A stretch of 64,000 bases of DNA, taken from assembly GCA_964536025.1 (NCBI GenBank), contig CAZHXA010000002.1, forward strand, positions 14,684 through 78,683, written 5' to 3'. Positions 18,476 through 28,467 of the stretch are shown here, piece after piece. The stretch is from an uncultured Muribaculaceae bacterium (GTDB lineage Bacteria > Bacteroidota > Bacteroidia > Bacteroidales > Muribaculaceae). The notes under the pieces are model-generated. The model saw only the letters and a list, made by a program, of their open reading frames with translations, was not told the origin of the DNA and searched no databases. The translations under genes were made by a program, and so were the position numbers. Position 1 is the stretch's first letter; each line of letters begins with the position of its first letter.

Positions 18476-19240
18476 TTATTCGGCAATGGTGAGTTGTATG
18501 CCCATTTCTTCAATTCTTTTCACTATGTGTGGCGATACTTTGCTGTCGGTGATGATATGGTCTATTTCTTCCATATTGGCAATTTTGCTAAAACCACGAC
18601 GTCCGAATTTAGAACTGTCGGCAAGAACTATGGTTTTTTGAGCGGCTTTCATCATTGCACGGTTAAGCGAGGCTTCTTGCATGTCGGTTGTGGTTATGCC
18701 GAAGTTCAAATCTATGCCGTCAACGCCCAAAAACAGCTTGCTACAAGCAAAATTGGTTAAAAAATCTTCGGCGTTATTGCCTACAACAGAAAGACTACTG
18801 TGTCGCAAGGTGCCACCTAATTGTATTATGGTGATATTTTCGTCGATTGAAAGAATTTCGGAAACTTTCATCGAAGAAGTGATTACAGTGAGTGGCGAAG
18901 AAAGCGAAATGTTTCGAGCAAGAGCATGAACGGTAGTGCCAGAAGCAATTATAATGGAGTCTTTAGGTTCTATGATAGATGCACCGCAAGCCCCGATGAT
19001 TTGTTTTTCGTCGGTGTGATACTTTTCTTTTTCGCTTATAGAGCGATTTGGGGCGTAAGGACTCATGAGTATGGCTTTTCCGTGATTTCGGTAAAGTCGT
19101 TGTGCTTTTTCAAGTTCGGTTAAATCTTTTCGTATTGTAACCGAAGACACGTTCAATTTCTCTGCAAGTTCGGTCACAAGAATGGAATCGTGCTGTAAAA
19201 GTAGATTCATTATTGCGTTATATCGTTCTTCTTTTGTCAT
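18476..19240 (-). CDS. glpR: DeoR/GlpR-family transcriptional repressor, divergent from the glp operon
   Basis: 254 aa. N-terminal wHTH (LVTELAEKLNVSSVTIRKDL) and a DeoR C-terminal sugar-phosphate sensor domain. The gene symbol is inferred from context. Confidence 0.8.
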   Translation of the reverse strand: MTKEERYNAIMNLLLQHDSILVTELAEKLNVSSVTIRKDLTELEKAQRLYRNHGKAILMSPYAPNRSISEKEKYHTDEKQIIGACGASIIEPKDSIIIASGTTVHALARNISLSSPLTVITSSMKVSEILSIDENITIIQLGGTLRHSSLSVVGNNAEDFLTNFACSKLFLGVDGIDLNFGITTTDMQEASLNRAMMKAAQKTIVLADSSKFGRRGFSKIANMEEIDHIITDSKVSPHIVKRIEEMGIQLTIAE

Positions 19241-19386
19241 TATTGTAGTAGCTTTCTATTAATATTCTGCAAGTTAAATAATTTTATCGGATAAAACAAA
19301 TGTTTTTTAATATAAGTGTGTTATACACCTTTATTATATAGCGTGTCAAAAAAAATGAAATGAAGTGATTTTTTTTACAAAAAATG

Positions 19387-19418
19387 TTTGTTTGTGAAAA
19401 ATAAATACCATATCTTTG
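19387..19418 (+). promoter_or_regulatory. glp operon promoter (TTTG-N20-TATCTTTG)
   Basis: TTTG at 19387..19390 and TATCTTTG at 19411..19418. Confidence 0.55.
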
Positions 19419-19534
19419 TTTCGAAGTAAAGCTAAAAAGGTTTTGAAACGAAACGTGCTAAACTTTGAAAAGGTTTTTTAAAACATGAAAACTTTCAATC
19501 TTGAAAAAAGGTTGCTATAATAAAAGAAGACATT

Positions 19535-21157
19535 ATGAGCGTGACACACGGAAAACAATATGACGTGATAGTTATAGGCGGTGGTGCGACAGGTGCCGGA
19601 ACTGCTAGAGATTGTGCCAAGCGAGGATTGAAAACTTTGCTTTTGGAACGATTTGACTTGACTAACGGTGCAACAGGTCGCAATCACGGGCTTCTTCATA
19701 GTGGAGCAAGATATGCTGTAACCGATGGCGAATCGGCTCGCGAGTGTATAGAAGAAAATATGTTGTTACGCAAAATTGCAAGCCATTGCGTGGAAGAAAC
19801 CGACGGCTTGTTTATAACTCTTCCCGAAGACGACCTTGCTTATCAAGCGAAATTTGTGGAATCTTGTACAGCTGCAGGAATAAGAGCTGAGATAATAGAC
19901 CCCAAAGAGGCTAAAATACTCGAACCTGCGGTGAATCCCTCATTAATAGGAGCGGTGAGAGTGCCCGATGGTGCTGTTGACCCGTTCCGCTTGACTATGG
20001 CTAATGCTCTTGATGCAAAATTGCATGGAGCAGAACTTCTTACTTATCACGAAGTAACTTCTCTGATAATAGAAAATACTACGGTGGTAGGAGTGGAAGC
20101 CATAAACCACAAGACGAAAGAAAAATGTAAATTCTATGCCAATATAACCATAAATGCAGCCGGCATTTGGGGACATAATGTTGCCGAAAAAGCAGGAATC
20201 ACTGTGAGAATGTTCCCGGCAAAGGGTGCGTTGCTTGTTTTCGGTCATCGTGTGAATAATATGGTGATTAATCGTTGCCGTAAGCCTGCCGATGCCGATA
20301 TATTGGTTCCCGGTGATACCGTGTGTGTGATAGGAACAACTTCCACACGAGTTCCTTTTGAAGAAGTTGACGATATGCGAGTTACTCGAGAAGAAGTAGA
20401 TGTGCTTATGCGTGAAGGCGAAATGCTTGCACCGTCATTGGCAACCACACGCATCTTGAGAGCTTACGCAGGTGTGCGTCCATTGGTGGCATCTGATAAT
20501 GACCCTTCCGGACGAAGTATAAGTCGAGGTATTGTGTGCCTTGACCATGAAAAGCGTGATGGCTTGGCAGGTTTTATAACCATTACCGGAGGCAAGTTGA
20601 TGACTTATCGCTTAATGGCTGAATGGGCTACCAATCTTGCTTGCGAAAAACTTGGAAACACTGAGAAATGTCGCACAGCTGTAGATTGCTTGCCTGGTTC
20701 TACCGGAAGCACCGAAACCGAATATGAAGGAAAGATCGCTCACAAGGCTGCACAATATCGCCATGGAAACTTTGCCGATAAAATACCTTCAAACGATAAA
20801 TATGACGATTCGCTCGTTTGTGAGTGCGAAGGAGTGACCGCAGGTGAAATAAATTATGCAATTGATAATCTACATATAGAAAAAATAGTAAATTTGCGTA
20901 GAAGAACCCGCGTAGGTATGGGTACTTGTCAAGGAGGTCTTTGTGCATGTCGTGCAGCAGGGCTAATGGTTAAAGCTCACGGATGTGCGGATAGAGCAAA
21001 AGCCGATATGGCAGACTTTATACAAGAACGCTGGAAAGGAATGTCTTCGATTGCATGGGGCGATACCATGAATGAAGCACAATTTATGTCGTGGATTTAT
21101 GAAGGCTTATGTGGATTGAGCAAAGAGTTAAACAATAAAACAGAAGAATCGCAATGA
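19535..21157 (+). CDS. glpA: anaerobic glycerol-3-phosphate dehydrogenase subunit A
   Basis: 540 aa. FAD fold (VIVIGGGATGAG) and a C-terminal BFD-like [2Fe-2S] Cys cluster. The stop overlaps the glpB start (ATGA). Confidence 0.9.
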   Translation: MSVTHGKQYDVIVIGGGATGAGTARDCAKRGLKTLLLERFDLTNGATGRNHGLLHSGARYAVTDGESARECIEENMLLRKIASHCVEETDGLFITLPEDDLAYQAKFVESCTAAGIRAEIIDPKEAKILEPAVNPSLIGAVRVPDGAVDPFRLTMANALDAKLHGAELLTYHEVTSLIIENTTVVGVEAINHKTKEKCKFYANITINAAGIWGHNVAEKAGITVRMFPAKGALLVFGHRVNNMVINRCRKPADADILVPGDTVCVIGTTSTRVPFEEVDDMRVTREEVDVLMREGEMLAPSLATTRILRAYAGVRPLVASDNDPSGRSISRGIVCLDHEKRDGLAGFITITGGKLMTYRLMAEWATNLACEKLGNTEKCRTAVDCLPGSTGSTETEYEGKIAHKAAQYRHGNFADKIPSNDKYDDSLVCECEGVTAGEINYAIDNLHIEKIVNLRRRTRVGMGTCQGGLCACRAAGLMVKAHGCADRAKADMADFIQERWKGMSSIAWGDTMNEAQFMSWIYEGLCGLSKELNNKTEESQ

Positions 21158-22395
21158 AATTTGATACTATCATAATAGGAGGCGGATTAAGCGGGTTGGC
21201 TTGCGGTATCAGCCTTGCCGAACAAGGCAAACGTTGTGCTATTGTTTCGAGTGGTCAAAGTGCGTTGCATTTTTTCGGCGGTTCGTTTGATTTATTGGGC
21301 TATACCGGTAATCAAGACGTCAAGTCGCCCATCGATGCTTTGTCTTCATTGAATCCGGAGCATCCTTATTCTCTCGTAGGAACTGAAAATGTTAAACGTT
21401 TGTCTGGCGAAGTGCCTTCATTCTTGAAGAAAGCGGGAGTGAATGTAACAGGAAATAATGCGGTAAATCATAGCAGATTAACTCCGCTTGGTACATTGCG
21501 ACCCACATGGCTTACGCTTGAAGAGTATATTTCGGTAGAAGATGTAGAATCGTTGAAAGGCAAAAAGATATTGTTACTAAATGTAGCAGGTTATCTTGAT
21601 TTGCCTATTAAATTCATCGTTGCAGGTCTTGAAAAAATGGGTGTAGTGTGCAACGTTGCCCATTTTACTTTACCCGAACTTGAAAATCGACGTGAAAACG
21701 CAAGCGAAATGCGTTCTATCAATATAGCTAAGACCGTAGAAACCGCCGGTATAGAAAAAGTGGCTGAAGCAATCAATAGCAAATGCGAAAACCAAGATTT
21801 AGTGCTTCTTCCTGCAGTTTTCGGCTGGAAAAGCAATGAACAAGTCGAGAAATTGAAGCAATTGACTAATTGTGAAATAAAATTGGTTGCAACATTACCT
21901 CCATCAGTACCGGGAGTGCGTTTGCAAGGTCTTTTGAACAATTATTTCCGTTCGTTAGGCGGTGTAATCTTATCGGGCGACACCGTTGAGGGCGGAGTTC
22001 TGGAAAATGATAAAATCCAATGGGTTACTACTCATAACCTTGCCGATGAAAAACTTATTGCCGATGATTATGTCCTTGCAACAGGTAACTTTTTCGGTCA
22101 TGGTGTGGCAGGAGCACCCAATGAGATATATGAACCTGTTTTCGGGCTTGATGTGAATGCCGTAAGCGATAGGGGAGAATGGTATAAAGAACAATTCTTT
22201 GAAGAACAGCCCTATATGCGTTTCGGAGTGGCAACCGATGCCGGTTTTAAGGCTCGAAAAGGTGGAAAAACTGTAGAAAATTTGTATGTAGCAGGGTCTG
22301 TGTTAAGCGGAGCCAATCAAATAAAAGAAGCTTCAATGGGAGGCTTGTCGATAATAACTGGTCTTCGTGTGGCTGAATTGATTAAAAAAGGATGA
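21154..22395 (+). CDS. glpB: anaerobic glycerol-3-phosphate dehydrogenase subunit B
   Basis: 413 aa. N-terminal IIIGGGLSG and translational coupling on both sides. Confidence 0.85.
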   Translation: MKFDTIIIGGGLSGLACGISLAEQGKRCAIVSSGQSALHFFGGSFDLLGYTGNQDVKSPIDALSSLNPEHPYSLVGTENVKRLSGEVPSFLKKAGVNVTGNNAVNHSRLTPLGTLRPTWLTLEEYISVEDVESLKGKKILLLNVAGYLDLPIKFIVAGLEKMGVVCNVAHFTLPELENRRENASEMRSINIAKTVETAGIEKVAEAINSKCENQDLVLLPAVFGWKSNEQVEKLKQLTNCEIKLVATLPPSVPGVRLQGLLNNYFRSLGGVILSGDTVEGGVLENDKIQWVTTHNLADEKLIADDYVLATGNFFGHGVAGAPNEIYEPVFGLDVNAVSDRGEWYKEQFFEEQPYMRFGVATDAGFKARKGGKTVENLYVAGSVLSGANQIKEASMGGLSIITGLRVAELIKKG

Positions 22396-23633
22396 CGATG
22401 GAAAAGGAACGTTACAGCATAAGCAAGGATAATTTTGAACAGTGCTTAAAATGTACTGTGTGTACGGTTTACTGCCCCGTTTCATCGGTAAATCCGTTAT
22501 ATCCCGGACCGAAACAAGCAGGTCCCGACGGTGAACGTATGCGATTGAAAGATAAGGCTTTTTTTGATGAAATGCTTAAAATGTGTTTGAATTGCAAACG
22601 TTGTGAGGTGGCTTGTCCTTCGGGTGTTAAAATAGGTGATATTATTCAACGTGCCCGCATGGAATATGGACCTAAAAAGGTGAAATTCCGTGATGTAATG
22701 CTTGCCAATACCGATTTCGTAGGAACAATGGCAACTCTTGTGGCTCCTATTACAAATTTTGCTTTGGGAATGAAACCGGTGAAGCTTGTAATGGATAAAG
22801 TGTTGGCAATCGACCATCATCGCACGTTCCCTAAATATTCAGGAATGAAATTTGAAACCTGGTTTAAGCGTAAAGTCGTAGCAAGTCAGGTGCAATATAA
22901 AAATCAAGTAAGTTATTTCCATGGTTGCTATGTGAATTATAATTATCCTAAACTTGGTCAAGACTTGGTAAAAGTCATGAATGCATTAGGATATGGCGTT
23001 AATTTGCTTGAAAAGGAAAAATGCTGTGGGGTGGCTCTTATGTCCAACGGCTTGATTTCACAAGCTACAAAACAAGCCAAGCAAAACATGTCTTCTATAA
23101 GAAAAGCCGGCAATGTGGTATTGACTACATCTTCAACTTGCACATTTACGATGAGGGATGAATATCCTCATTTGCTTAATGTGGACAATGATGATATAAG
23201 AGACAACATCACTCTTGCCACTCGTTTTATTTACCGACTTTTGGAAGATGGCAAAGTAAAAATAGCTTTTAAGAAAGATTATAAAGCACGCATTGCTTAT
23301 CAAACTGCTTGCCACATGGAAAAAATGGGTTGGAAAATTTATTCAATCTCATTATTGAAAATGATTCCTGGAGTAGACTTGGTTGAATTAGATTCCCAAT
23401 GTTGCGGTATAGGTGGCACTTACGGTTTCAAAAAAGAAAATTATGAAACATCGCAGAAGATAGGAGCCTCATTGTTTAAGCAAATCGAGGAATCGGGTGT
23501 GGACTTTGTGGTAACCGATTGTGAAACGTGTAAATGGCAGGTGGAAATGAGTACTACCAAGAAAGTATTTAACCCAATATCGGTGCTTGCCGATGCTATA
23601 GATGTTGAAGAAACCATTAAACTTAATCGCTAA
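22392..23633 (+). CDS. glpC: anaerobic glycerol-3-phosphate dehydrogenase subunit C (Fe-S)
   Basis: Two CxxCxxCxxxCP ferredoxin motifs plus two CCG (cysteine-rich) domains. Confidence 0.85.
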   Translation: MTMEKERYSISKDNFEQCLKCTVCTVYCPVSSVNPLYPGPKQAGPDGERMRLKDKAFFDEMLKMCLNCKRCEVACPSGVKIGDIIQRARMEYGPKKVKFRDVMLANTDFVGTMATLVAPITNFALGMKPVKLVMDKVLAIDHHRTFPKYSGMKFETWFKRKVVASQVQYKNQVSYFHGCYVNYNYPKLGQDLVKVMNALGYGVNLLEKEKCCGVALMSNGLISQATKQAKQNMSSIRKAGNVVLTTSSTCTFTMRDEYPHLLNVDNDDIRDNITLATRFIYRLLEDGKVKIAFKKDYKARIAYQTACHMEKMGWKIYSISLLKMIPGVDLVELDSQCCGIGGTYGFKKENYETSQKIGASLFKQIEESGVDFVVTDCETCKWQVEMSTTKKVFNPISVLADAIDVEETIKLNR

Positions 23634-23666
23634 ACTATTTAACTTGAATAATAAAATAACTTTATC

Positions 23667-25148
23667 ATGGAAAAAGAATCGATATACGGCTCAATGAGTC
23701 CTGAAACAGTAAAAAAATTCAAATCATGGCAGATGCGTACCATCGTGGTGTCAATGATTGGTTATGCGATTTTCTATTTTGTGAGAAAAAACTTCTCTAT
23801 TGCCATGCCGGGTCTTACTGCTGAATTTGGTATTTCAAATACCAGTTTCGGTATAGTAATTGCCATAGGTTCGGTAGTATATGGTTTATCTCGATTTATT
23901 AACGGATTTATAGTAGATAAGTATAGTTCCAAAGCTATTATGGCTCTTGGATTATTGCTTTGTGCGGCGTCCAACCTTGCTTTTGGCTTCGGGTATGATT
24001 TAAGTTACGCCATTACAGGAGTAGCTCAAGGTCCGCAAGTAGTGAATATGCTTATCATGATAATGGGGGTTACAATAGTATTAAATCAATATTTTCAAGG
24101 TTTCGGTTATCCACCGTGTGCTCGTTTGCTACCTCAATGGATTCATCCATCAGAACTTGCCACCAAAATGTCTATTTGGAACACCTCTCACTCTATAGGT
24201 GCATCTCTTGCAGTAGTGGTTTGTGGTTACATAATGGGACATTTGGGAACCGATATGAGTAATAATCCTGAGGTTATCGCAACCATTGCTGCCAATTTGA
24301 ATGTAGACCCGTCAACTACCGAAGGTCTTAACAAAGTGCTTCAATATGCTAAACATATAGGAGCTTGGAAATGGTGTTTCTGGATGCCTGCCGGTCTTGC
24401 GGTGTTGGGAGCTGTTTGGTTGTATGTGGGATTGAAAGATGACCCTAAATCGGTAGGTTTGCCTGATTTGCCCGATACAAAGACAAGCAAGGATTCCGAC
24501 AGTAAAGATAAAGTCTCTCAATCGGCTTTTTTGAAACACATGGTATGGAAAAACCGTTGGGTCTGGACTCTTTCAATAGCCAATGTTTTCGTTTATGTGT
24601 TGCGTATGGGCGTACTTGATTGGGGTCCTAAGTTCTTGACCGAAGATCGTGGAATGAACATTAAAAGTGCTGCTTGGGTAGTTGCAATATTTGAAATCAC
24701 TGCAATCGTAGGTACTATTTTTGCAGGATGGGCTACTGATAAAATATTTAAAGGAAAAGCTCACCGCATGTGCTTGATATGTATGGTGGGAGCTGTAGTG
24801 TTCCTTGGAGCGTTTGCATTGCTTCCTAATGTGCATATTGCCGTTTCAACCACATTCTTGGCTATGGGAGGATTCTTTATCTACGGTCCTCAAGCCTTGA
24901 TAGGAATTGCTTCAGCCAATCAAGCTACAAAAGAAGCTTCAGCTACAGCCAACGGTCTTGCCGGTGTGCTTGGTTACATTGGTTCGGCTCTATCGGCTAT
25001 CGGTATAGGTCTTATTGCCGATAATTTCGGTTGGGATTGGGTATTTGTAACATTCATCGTAGTAGGTCTTATAGGAGCTTTGGTATTCTTGACAATGTGG
25101 CAAGCTCCTCGTGACGGTTACAAACGTTCACTTGAAATAAAAAAATAA
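23667..25148 (+). CDS. glpT: glycerol-3-phosphate:phosphate antiporter (MFS, organophosphate:Pi antiporter family)
   Basis: 493 aa with 12 predicted TM segments, GlpT/UhpT-like N-terminus (YFVRKNFS) and glp operon context. Confidence 0.85.
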   Translation: MEKESIYGSMSPETVKKFKSWQMRTIVVSMIGYAIFYFVRKNFSIAMPGLTAEFGISNTSFGIVIAIGSVVYGLSRFINGFIVDKYSSKAIMALGLLLCAASNLAFGFGYDLSYAITGVAQGPQVVNMLIMIMGVTIVLNQYFQGFGYPPCARLLPQWIHPSELATKMSIWNTSHSIGASLAVVVCGYIMGHLGTDMSNNPEVIATIAANLNVDPSTTEGLNKVLQYAKHIGAWKWCFWMPAGLAVLGAVWLYVGLKDDPKSVGLPDLPDTKTSKDSDSKDKVSQSAFLKHMVWKNRWVWTLSIANVFVYVLRMGVLDWGPKFLTEDRGMNIKSAAWVVAIFEITAIVGTIFAGWATDKIFKGKAHRMCLICMVGAVVFLGAFALLPNVHIAVSTTFLAMGGFFIYGPQALIGIASANQATKEASATANGLAGVLGYIGSALSAIGIGLIADNFGWDWVFVTFIVVGLIGALVFLTMWQAPRDGYKRSLEIKK

Positions 25149-25191
25149 AAAATATCAAATCTTTTCATAATAAGAAAATAAGATATTGAAT

Positions 25192-26064
25192 ATGGCAGAA
25201 TTTGATAAATACATGTCGCCTATGAGCGAAGAGCAAATGATGAAGGCTTGTGCCAAAATCAAGCATGTTGCACTCGACATGGATGGTACTATATACATGG
25301 GTTCAACTTTGTTCCCATTCACCAAGAATTTTTTGAAAAGATTGTCGGATAATGGTATCAGTTATTCGTTCTTGACTAATAACCCTACCAAAAGCATACC
25401 CGATTATTTGAAGAAATTGAAAGGCTTGGGTATAGATGCCACACCTGAAGAAATGTACACAACTGCAGTTGCTACTATTGATTATATCAAGCAAAATCAC
25501 CCTGATGCAAAACGCTTCTTTGTACTTGGTACTCCAAGTATGATCAAGGAGTTTGAAGATGCCGGTTTTGAAATGACTGCCGATGATCCTGCCGATCGTC
25601 CCGATATACTTGTTGTAGCATTTGATATGACATTGTGCTATTCTCGTCTTTGCAGAGCTGCATGGTGGGCTTCACAAGGTATAAAATACATTGCTACCAA
25701 TCCCGACCGCGTGTGTCCTACCGACCAAGAGGTGGTGCTTGTGGATTGCGGTTCAATGTGCAAGTGTATAGAACATGCAACAGGACGCGTACCCGACATA
25801 GTGATAGGAAAGCCTAATCCTGATATGTTGAAATGTATTCAAACAAAATACGGCATGGCACCCGATGAAGTGGCTATGTGCGGTGACCGCATTTATACCG
25901 ATGTGGCAACAGCTCAAAATGCAGGTTCGCTCGGTGTTTTGGTGCTATCGGGAGAAACTACTCTTGACACAGCACTCAATTCCAATCCGCAGCCCGATAT
26001 AACAGCATTGAATATCGAGGAATTCGGTAAACTATTGCTTAAATCGCGAGGTGTTGAATATTGA
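25192..26064 (+). CDS. HAD-IIA family phosphatase (NagD-like)
   Basis: DMDGTIY motif I, LTNN motif II, GKP ... GDRIYTD motifs III/IV. Start re-called to the ATG at 25192. Confidence 0.8.
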   Translation: MAEFDKYMSPMSEEQMMKACAKIKHVALDMDGTIYMGSTLFPFTKNFLKRLSDNGISYSFLTNNPTKSIPDYLKKLKGLGIDATPEEMYTTAVATIDYIKQNHPDAKRFFVLGTPSMIKEFEDAGFEMTADDPADRPDILVVAFDMTLCYSRLCRAAWWASQGIKYIATNPDRVCPTDQEVVLVDCGSMCKCIEHATGRVPDIVIGKPNPDMLKCIQTKYGMAPDEVAMCGDRIYTDVATAQNAGSLGVLVLSGETTLDTALNSNPQPDITALNIEEFGKLLLKSRGVEY

Positions 26065-26148
26065 AACAAATAAAACTATTAATCGAGATAAATATTTATT
26101 TACTAACCGTTTAAAAACTATTTTTTAAACATTAAAAATTTAAATGAC

Positions 26149-27252
26149 ATGAAAAAAACTTTAGCATTTGTATTAGGTCTTGCGATAGCAACTCCTATGT
26201 TTGCAACTGAAGTTGCTGAACCGGAAGCAGCTCCTGCTCCTCAAAATTCAGTAGAACAAATTTTGGCTAAACTGCCGGTAAAAGTTTCCGGTTATTTACA
26301 AACAGGTTGGAACTGGACCGATAATGGAAACACTTCATCATCATCTTTCCAAGCTAAGCGTCTTCGTCTTATGGTTGACGGTAAAGTAGCAAGTAATGTA
26401 GCTTTCCGTTTGCAAATCGAAGCGTTCAATGGTATTGCAGGTTCAACTAACGATAACGGACAAAAGAATCTTCAAGTAATGGATGCATTTGCAACATGGA
26501 AAATCAAACCTCAATTCCAAGTTCGTGCAGGTCAATTCTACACTCCTATGGGATTTGAAAACTATGATATTTCTCCAGCTACATTGGAAACTGTAGACTT
26601 CTCTAACATTTGTTATCGTATGGCATGCCGTAACGCAATCGGTTATAATTTCGTAGATTATGGTCGTGACCTTGGTGTTATGTTGATGGGTGATGTTCTT
26701 CCTTCAGAAGAAGGTTTCAATCGTTTGTCTTATAACTTTGCTGTTACTAATGGTTCTCTTCCATGTAAAGATGATAATAATAAGTCAAAAGACATTATTG
26801 GAGCATTGACTTACCGTCCTATTAAGAATTTGATGATTAAGGGTGCTTATAATTGGGGTGAATATTCTAATAATGAAAAAAAATATCTACCAATGAATCG
26901 TTTCATTGTAGGTGCATGGTATAACAATCCTACAGGTCTTGACCTTCGTGCTGAATTTGGTATGATTAAGAGTGATAAAGGTAATGTAGACGAAAAGGGT
27001 GCTTATGTCTTGGCTGCTTATCACCTTGGAAAATGGCTTCCTGTAGCACGTTGGGATATGTACAAAGACGACAAAAATACAACCACTTTGAATAATTATA
27101 ATCGTGCTCTTTTAGGCGTATCTTATGAAGTATGCAAAAACTTCAAGCTACAAGCTAACTATAACCACTCATTCTATAGTAGCAAGGTTGAAAAGGCTAA
27201 TGGTACCGACGGAGCAGACCAAATCCAAATCATGGGTCTATTCAAATTCTAA
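26149..27252 (+). CDS. outer-membrane porin, phosphate-selective (OprO/P-like) family
   Basis: Signal peptide, alternating beta-strand pattern, and a C-terminal aromatic residue (MGLFKF). Confidence 0.65.
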   Translation: MKKTLAFVLGLAIATPMFATEVAEPEAAPAPQNSVEQILAKLPVKVSGYLQTGWNWTDNGNTSSSSFQAKRLRLMVDGKVASNVAFRLQIEAFNGIAGSTNDNGQKNLQVMDAFATWKIKPQFQVRAGQFYTPMGFENYDISPATLETVDFSNICYRMACRNAIGYNFVDYGRDLGVMLMGDVLPSEEGFNRLSYNFAVTNGSLPCKDDNNKSKDIIGALTYRPIKNLMIKGAYNWGEYSNNEKKYLPMNRFIVGAWYNNPTGLDLRAEFGMIKSDKGNVDEKGAYVLAAYHLGKWLPVARWDMYKDDKNTTTLNNYNRALLGVSYEVCKNFKLQANYNHSFYSSKVEKANGTDGADQIQIMGLFKF

Positions 27253-27298
27253 AAAACGAAACTAATATCATTATTAATTAACTTAAAACTATCGCATT

Positions 27299-28282
27299 AT
27301 GAAGAAGTTATTATTTGCTCTTTCAGCTTTATTGCTTGCTGTAGGCGTAAACGCTCAGCACCTTGGAACAGAGTATCGATTGAAAAAAGTTGTTGAAGTT
27401 CCCGGACGTCAAGGAATTGCAGCCGATAAGGATTATTTCTATGTATCAGACACTCGTGGTCTATACAAATATGACAAGAATTGGAATCTTGTGAAGAAGA
27501 GAGTACAAACTAAGGAAGATCCATTGTTCCCTAATCCAAAATTGGCTAACCACTTTGGTGATATCGATGTTCATGATGGTAAAATTTATACCGGAAATGA
27601 AAAATTTGAATTCGGTCGTGGTTACAATATTGCAATCTCTGTATATGACGCTAATACATTGGAATGGATTGAAGATATTCCATGGTGTGCTGAATCAGGT
27701 CAAGTAGAAGTATCAGGTCTTGCAGTTGACCGTGATAAAAACATGATTTGGATGAGTGACTGGGTTGATAGCCGTTACGTATATTGCTACAGCTTGGAAA
27801 CAAAGCAATATTATACTAAGATGCAATGTCGTCCAATGCCTTACTGGTGTCAAGGTATTTATATTACCGACGGTAAAATGTTGTTTGCTGCCGACGATGG
27901 TGAATCAACTTACCACATTGCAGATAATATTTACATTGCCGACATTACACAAGTTCCTTTCACAGGCTTGATTAACGGTCAAGAACCTGAAAAGGAAAAT
28001 CCTTGGAGCGTGAAACTTGATAAGAATGGTAAACCTGTTATCCGCAAGGGTAAAATCGCAGGTGGTGCTATGGCGGGACGTCTTGAATTGTTCCGTGAAA
28101 TGCTTGACTTCCGTCGTGCAGGTGAAATCGAAGGTCTATGCATTGACCCATCTACTGACGATCTTCTTGTATTGAACAACCGTGGTACTCAAATCATTCT
28201 TGGTATGTCTCAAGGTCCGTTCACTAACGAAGGTTACACTAAAGAAATACACGAAGTATACATATATGAAAAAGTTAAATAA
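27299..28282 (+). CDS. secreted hypothetical protein, beta-propeller-like
   Basis: 327 aa. Signal peptide MKKLLFALSALLLAVGVNAQ and repeated Y/W-rich beta segments. Last gene of the glp transcription unit. I recognise no family with confidence. Confidence 0.6.
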   Translation: MKKLLFALSALLLAVGVNAQHLGTEYRLKKVVEVPGRQGIAADKDYFYVSDTRGLYKYDKNWNLVKKRVQTKEDPLFPNPKLANHFGDIDVHDGKIYTGNEKFEFGRGYNIAISVYDANTLEWIEDIPWCAESGQVEVSGLAVDRDKNMIWMSDWVDSRYVYCYSLETKQYYTKMQCRPMPYWCQGIYITDGKMLFAADDGESTYHIADNIYIADITQVPFTGLINGQEPEKENPWSVKLDKNGKPVIRKGKIAGGAMAGRLELFREMLDFRRAGEIEGLCIDPSTDDLLVLNNRGTQIILGMSQGPFTNEGYTKEIHEVYIYEKVK

Positions 28283-28467
28283 GAAGTGATTTCTTATTGA
28301 CTATTTCAAATTGTGATCTTTAGAAATAAAAATGGAATTTTAATTTGGGTAGTGAGGCTTGCACGTGAGTGTAGGCCTTACGTTTTTTATGTGCTGATAC
28401 AATTTTTGGATAAAATGTTTTATTGTTGTAATTTTATGGTATTAAAACTAATAAATAGCATTGTTTT

